DNA of 63,773 nucleotides, counting the filler, from Cercozoa sp. M6MM (lineage: Eukaryota > Protista > Endomyxa: Ascetosporea): the NCBI GenBank assembly GCA_040357565.1. It is 12 parts of 12 records of this genome, joined end to end, with 100 filler letters (N's around TTAATTAATTAA, not from the genome) between each part and the next. Parts side by side here need not be neighbours in the genome. Positions count along the whole stretch, not along the records: positions 57,669 to 62,225 come from JBDODJ010001109.1; positions 62,326 to 63,773 come from JBDODJ010002031.1; 10 more parts are not named here. One strand, written 5' to 3'. The translations under genes were made by a program, and so were the position numbers. Under the pieces are notes generated by a model. It searched no databases. It was not told the origin of the DNA and worked only from the letters and a program-made list of their open reading frames with translations. Below are positions 59,802 through 63,773 of this stretch, in pieces (within the stretch, counting starts at the first letter, position 1; each line of letters opens with the position of its first letter).

Positions 59802-61300
59802 ATGGCGGCGTCTTGGGGATCGCTGCTCGGCGACTCGCAGCTGCAGAACAAGCTACAGCAACGCAAGGCCACTATCTCTGGTGTAGGCTTAACTTTCGAG
59901 CGTTTGTGACCTACATTTTTGTGGTCAACTCGACCGTGTTGTGTTTTGGGACGACAGGAGCGACCGACGCCACAGGCTCCGCCGCGGAAGCCAACACCAC
60001 CGGTAGCGTTACTTTGTGCTTTATGTGTGTCCGTGTGTAGTCTATCTTGTTGTGCAGGGCCGTAAGCCACTACCGCCTCCTCGAAAGAAGCCGATTCCTG
60101 TACCTATATTTTATAAATCTCTTTATTATGTATCGTCCAAGTAACCTTCTCTGTGTGTGTCCAGACGCCTGTGCGTACCGATTTGGCCAACGCTCCTCCG
60201 CAGCAGAGCAGTGTAAGCGCCAGTTCGAGTGCCGTGTCCACTCCCGAGACTGACAGTGGTCCCGTGCATGCCCAGTCAGGTAGCTTGTCGATCTACTTGC
60301 CCTGGTTCTGTCTAGAGTTAGCCCGTCCTGTTGCACAGAGAACCGCTGGAGCCGCACTGCGCGCACCTATCGCGAGGCCAAGCGCGAGATCGAAAAGTGG
60401 CTGGAATACATGGGTAGAACGGCGTACCCCCTGGGGGTGGCTTTGTATGATAGTGCCTTATGATGTAGACATGCGCAACTGGCTCGACACTCTGGTGGAC
60501 AACGGCTACGACGACCTGGACTCGATCATTCAGATGAACGTGGAGGAACTCGACGAGCTTAAGTCGCTGTTCTCGTCCTACGGTCAGAAGCAGGACATCC
60601 AGACCCTGCATGACGAGCTGGTCAAAGTTGGTACTACGCCGCGGGGGCCGGCCGCTGGTCACTCTGTGGATCCCCTGTCTGTCTGGGCCCAGGTCTTGAC
60701 CAGTTCCGCGAGGAAGGTTTCACTGGCGCTGTCTGGCAACGCAACCAGGGTAGGCCCTGTCCCCTCCCTACTGCCTTATCGTTTGGGTACACTTGAGAGT
60801 ACCCAATGCAGAGGAGACACAAGACCAGTCGGTGCAGCAGGAGCGCACCAACGAGCGTTTGCGCATCGAGACTTTGGTAGCCTCCTTTTCCTATTCTACC
60901 CTCTTACCCTCCTTACCCCTTACCCTTTACCCCTTACCCTTTACCCTTCCCCCCGTTCTACAGTTGGCCGGTGAGCACGCCAAGATGCTCGACCCTTCCA
61001 AGAAGAAGTGGTACATTTGTACCTATCTGGACGGGACTGGACTGGACTGGACTGGACGGGATTGTACCTATGTGTGCAGGAAGAAGGTGTTTGTGTGGGC
61101 CACGCCGAATCTCGATCGACTGGTCTGGTCGACTCCGAAGGACAAGCACGTCATCGAAGGCTTCGTCTTCACGGTCGATATCTTCGAGGTATTTGAGAAG
61201 GTGGTCGATTGGGAAGGGGGGTAAAACTGTACCATGCCGACTGTACCACAGGTCAGCGAAAGCAGCACGAACGACGACAAGCCTGTACACTTGCACATCA

Positions 61301-61351
<51 letters not shown>

Positions 61352-61361
61352 NNNNNNNNNN

Positions 61362-61410
<49 letters not shown>

Positions 61411-62166
61411 TGAAAGTGATCATGCTGACTGATGATCATGCTGACTGATGATCATGCTGCAGGCCGAGCGTATGACCATCATGGGCACCGACGCCAACCT
61501 GGACCTCGAGTTCGCTGACACCACTGTTATGAAGACCTGGGTCGACGCCGTCAAGTGGTACAGTCACCTACCTCCCCCCCCCCCCCCGCACCCCCCTTCC
61601 CCCCCCCCCCTGCTCACAGGGTGGTCGACAAGCACGCCGAAATCGATCGCGAGAAGCGTGTGCGCGAGAAGGAGCGCAGTGACCTCGGCTTCCGTGCCGA
61701 CCGTCCCAAGTCGTGCGATCGGTATCTCTTACCCCTTTACCCCCCCCCCCCCCGCACCCACTCCCTTTTACCCCTGACTGTAGCGAGGACAACCGCGACC
61801 TGTTGGTGCACGGCGGCATGTTCTTCAAGTACAAGAGAGGACGCAACCGTCAGACGCGTCGTCTGCGTTTCACGGGTGCTTGCTGGCCTGCTCCTGCTTG
61901 ACTGCAAGGGCACTGTGTTATGGTTAACGTACTGGTGTGGCACAGAGGACCTGTCGCGACTCGAGTGGGTCGACGAGGAGAAGAAGGTCGTGCGCGGCTA
62001 CATTGAGAGCAGGGACATTGTGCACGTGTACTCGCCGGCGGCACGCAAGTACGAGGGCTACTTTGTCGTGTGCTGCATCGGCCGCTCGCTCGAGTTGGAG
62101 GCCGTTGACGACAAGAAGATGCGGCAGTGGATCGAGCTCTTCTCGCTCTTCATCGACGATCGACAG
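59802..62166 (+). CDS. SAM domain plus two PLC-type PH domains, 3' truncated
   Basis: WLDTLVDNGYDDLDSIIQMNVEELDEL (SAM); VFVWATPNLDRLVWS..LDLEFADTTVMKTWVDAV; LLVHGGMFFKYKRG..LEWV..RSLELEAVDDKKMRQWIELF. Confidence 0.85.
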
Positions 62167-62181
62167 GTAGGCTTGCTCCGT

Positions 62182-62225
<44 letters not shown>

Positions 62226-62325
62226 NNNNNNNNNNNNNNNNNNNNNNNNNNNNNNNNNNNNNNNNNNNNTTAATTAATTAANNNNNNNNNNNNNNNNNNN
62301 NNNNNNNNNNNNNNNNNNNNNNNNN

Positions 62326-63650
62326 GTTGGATTGTGCCAAGTTGCTGGTATGCACCCTTTTACCCCCCCCCCTTAACTGCGACATATCCACATCCAGGTG
62401 CAACACGGAGCGAATATCAATGCAACAGATGTGCCGTTTGGTGGTATGTTGTACTTCTTACCCCTCCCCCTATTTTATTACCCTCTCTGGTAGGTCCCTT
62501 GTACAAGGCTGCGTGCAGCAATCACGTCGACGTCGTTACGTGGTACCTTTATTTACCCTATCTTACCCTTCTTNNNNNNNNNNNNNNNNNNNNNNNNNNN
62601 NNNNNNNNNNNNNNNNNNNNNNNNNNNNNNNNNNNNNNNNNNNNNNNNNNNNNNNNNNNNNNNNNNNNNNNNNTCCCACCCCCCCCCCCCCCCTAGGCAC
62701 TGTACGGCGCGGCCAGCAAGGGTGCCGGCGACGTAGTGCAGGTGCTGTTGCAGCACGGCGCCTGTGCGTGCGATCAGCACAACGGCAAGTCGGCGCTGTT
62801 CGCCGCCGCCGCCAAGGGCAGCGTGCGTTGTGTCGAGCTCTTGCTTAAGTACATCCTCCAAACGATCAGTGATCGATCAGTGATCTTGTACGGATCATTC
62901 CACAGCAACGGTGCTGCCGAGATGATCGACAGAGCGTACAACGGCCAGACGCCTCGCGATGTACTTTACCTGCTTTCTTTACCTCCTCTTGTCTCATTTT
63001 TATCCTCCCTAGATCGCGGTGGAGAAGTCGCACATTGCCGTGCGTGATCTCATTGATCGCTTTGTGGCCTCGCCGCCGCCGGTGGCCATGGTATCGTCGT
63101 GGTTTTGCTTTACCCCCCCCCCCCCCCTATTTCCTTTTATCTCTCTTGAACAGCAGCCGCAAGTGCCAGCGATTGCTGCAACGCCTCACGCCGTCGCGCC
63201 TGCTCCTGTGGTACTTTTCTTTAAGGAGGCGTTTCTTGATAGTTTCTTGATCTAATCTTTGATATGGAACTCTTTTGCCTTTTAGCTCGACACGGACGCG
63301 CTGGTCGCCGCGATCGACGCTAAGATCGCCGCTGCTATCGAAAAGGTCGTCGTGCCTCGTAACTTTTTTTCTGCCCAGTTTTGTTCAGCCAGACTCAGGC
63401 AGTTGTGATCGGACACCATGTGTGTGTTTAGAGCCCGCTCCCGTGAATCTGGAGCTACCTGGCGAGTTCCCAGGCGAGCTTGAGCGCATCTTCCAGGAGC
63501 GTCTGGACGCTGCCTTGCAGCGCATGGAGCAGCGCTTTGGTGTGTCCCCGTTTCCTCTTAATGTGATATGCTTGCATAACATTTTCTGGTGCAGAACAAC
63601 GCATGCAGGAGCTGCAGCCGAAGGAAGAGGGCGGCTGCCGCATTATGTAG
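62326..63650 (+). CDS. Ankyrin-repeat protein with C-terminal CaaX motif, 5' truncated
   Basis: HGANINATD, PLYKAAC, ALYGAASKG..VQVLLQHGA, GKSALFAAAAKGSVRCVELLL, GQTPRDIA; ends EEGGCRIM*. Confidence 0.9.
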
Positions 63651-63773
63651 ACTAGTCACGCACACTGACCGGCCAGGTGCCTAGCCAGGAACCGAAACGA
63701 GCTGCATGAAAGCGACTTGCCGTAGATGTTACCGCAGCCCTCTCAGATAGGGATCAGGCCTTGGTAAATTAAG

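Overview
This is eukaryotic nuclear DNA, most likely from a protist; the organism cannot be identified from sequence alone. It is not one locus. Eleven artificial 100-nt spacers (N44-TTAATTAATTAA-N44) join 12 small contigs, so gene order across spacers is meaningless. The ORF track is mostly uninformative because genes are cut into short exons (mostly 40-110 nt in the conserved genes) by GT-AG introns. I spliced the models by hand, so coordinates are approximate. Recognisable genes: VPS41, NDUFS1/Nad11 C-terminal half, RPA2, plant/bacterial-type glutaminyl cyclase, Ulp1/SENP protease, ACAD10/11-like phosphotransferase, a mitochondrial carrier, syntaxin-17-like SNARE, striatin N-terminus, RCC1-repeat protein, DHX37, ALIX/BRO1, SNW1/Prp45, an Sds3/BRMS1-like protein, a secreted lipase-like hydrolase, an F-box protein, a multipass TM-RGS protein, SAM+PH, PH+coiled-coil and ankyrin-CaaX proteins, plus several orphans. 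The genetic code is standard. The most striking feature is intron architecture. Density is very high (16 introns in about 1.2 kb of VPS41 coding sequence). Many introns are filled with their own low-complexity tandem motif from a small vocabulary: telomere-like TTACCCC that is mostly C-rich on the sense strand; arrays on the palindromes GTAC, GATC, AGCT or TCGA; GTCAC/GTGAC; and (CA)n, (TA)n, (CT)n. Neighbouring genes have plain introns. The spliceosomal factor SNW1 carries SKWKN in place of its signature SNWKN. No rRNA, tRNA, CRISPR array or recognisable transposon was found.
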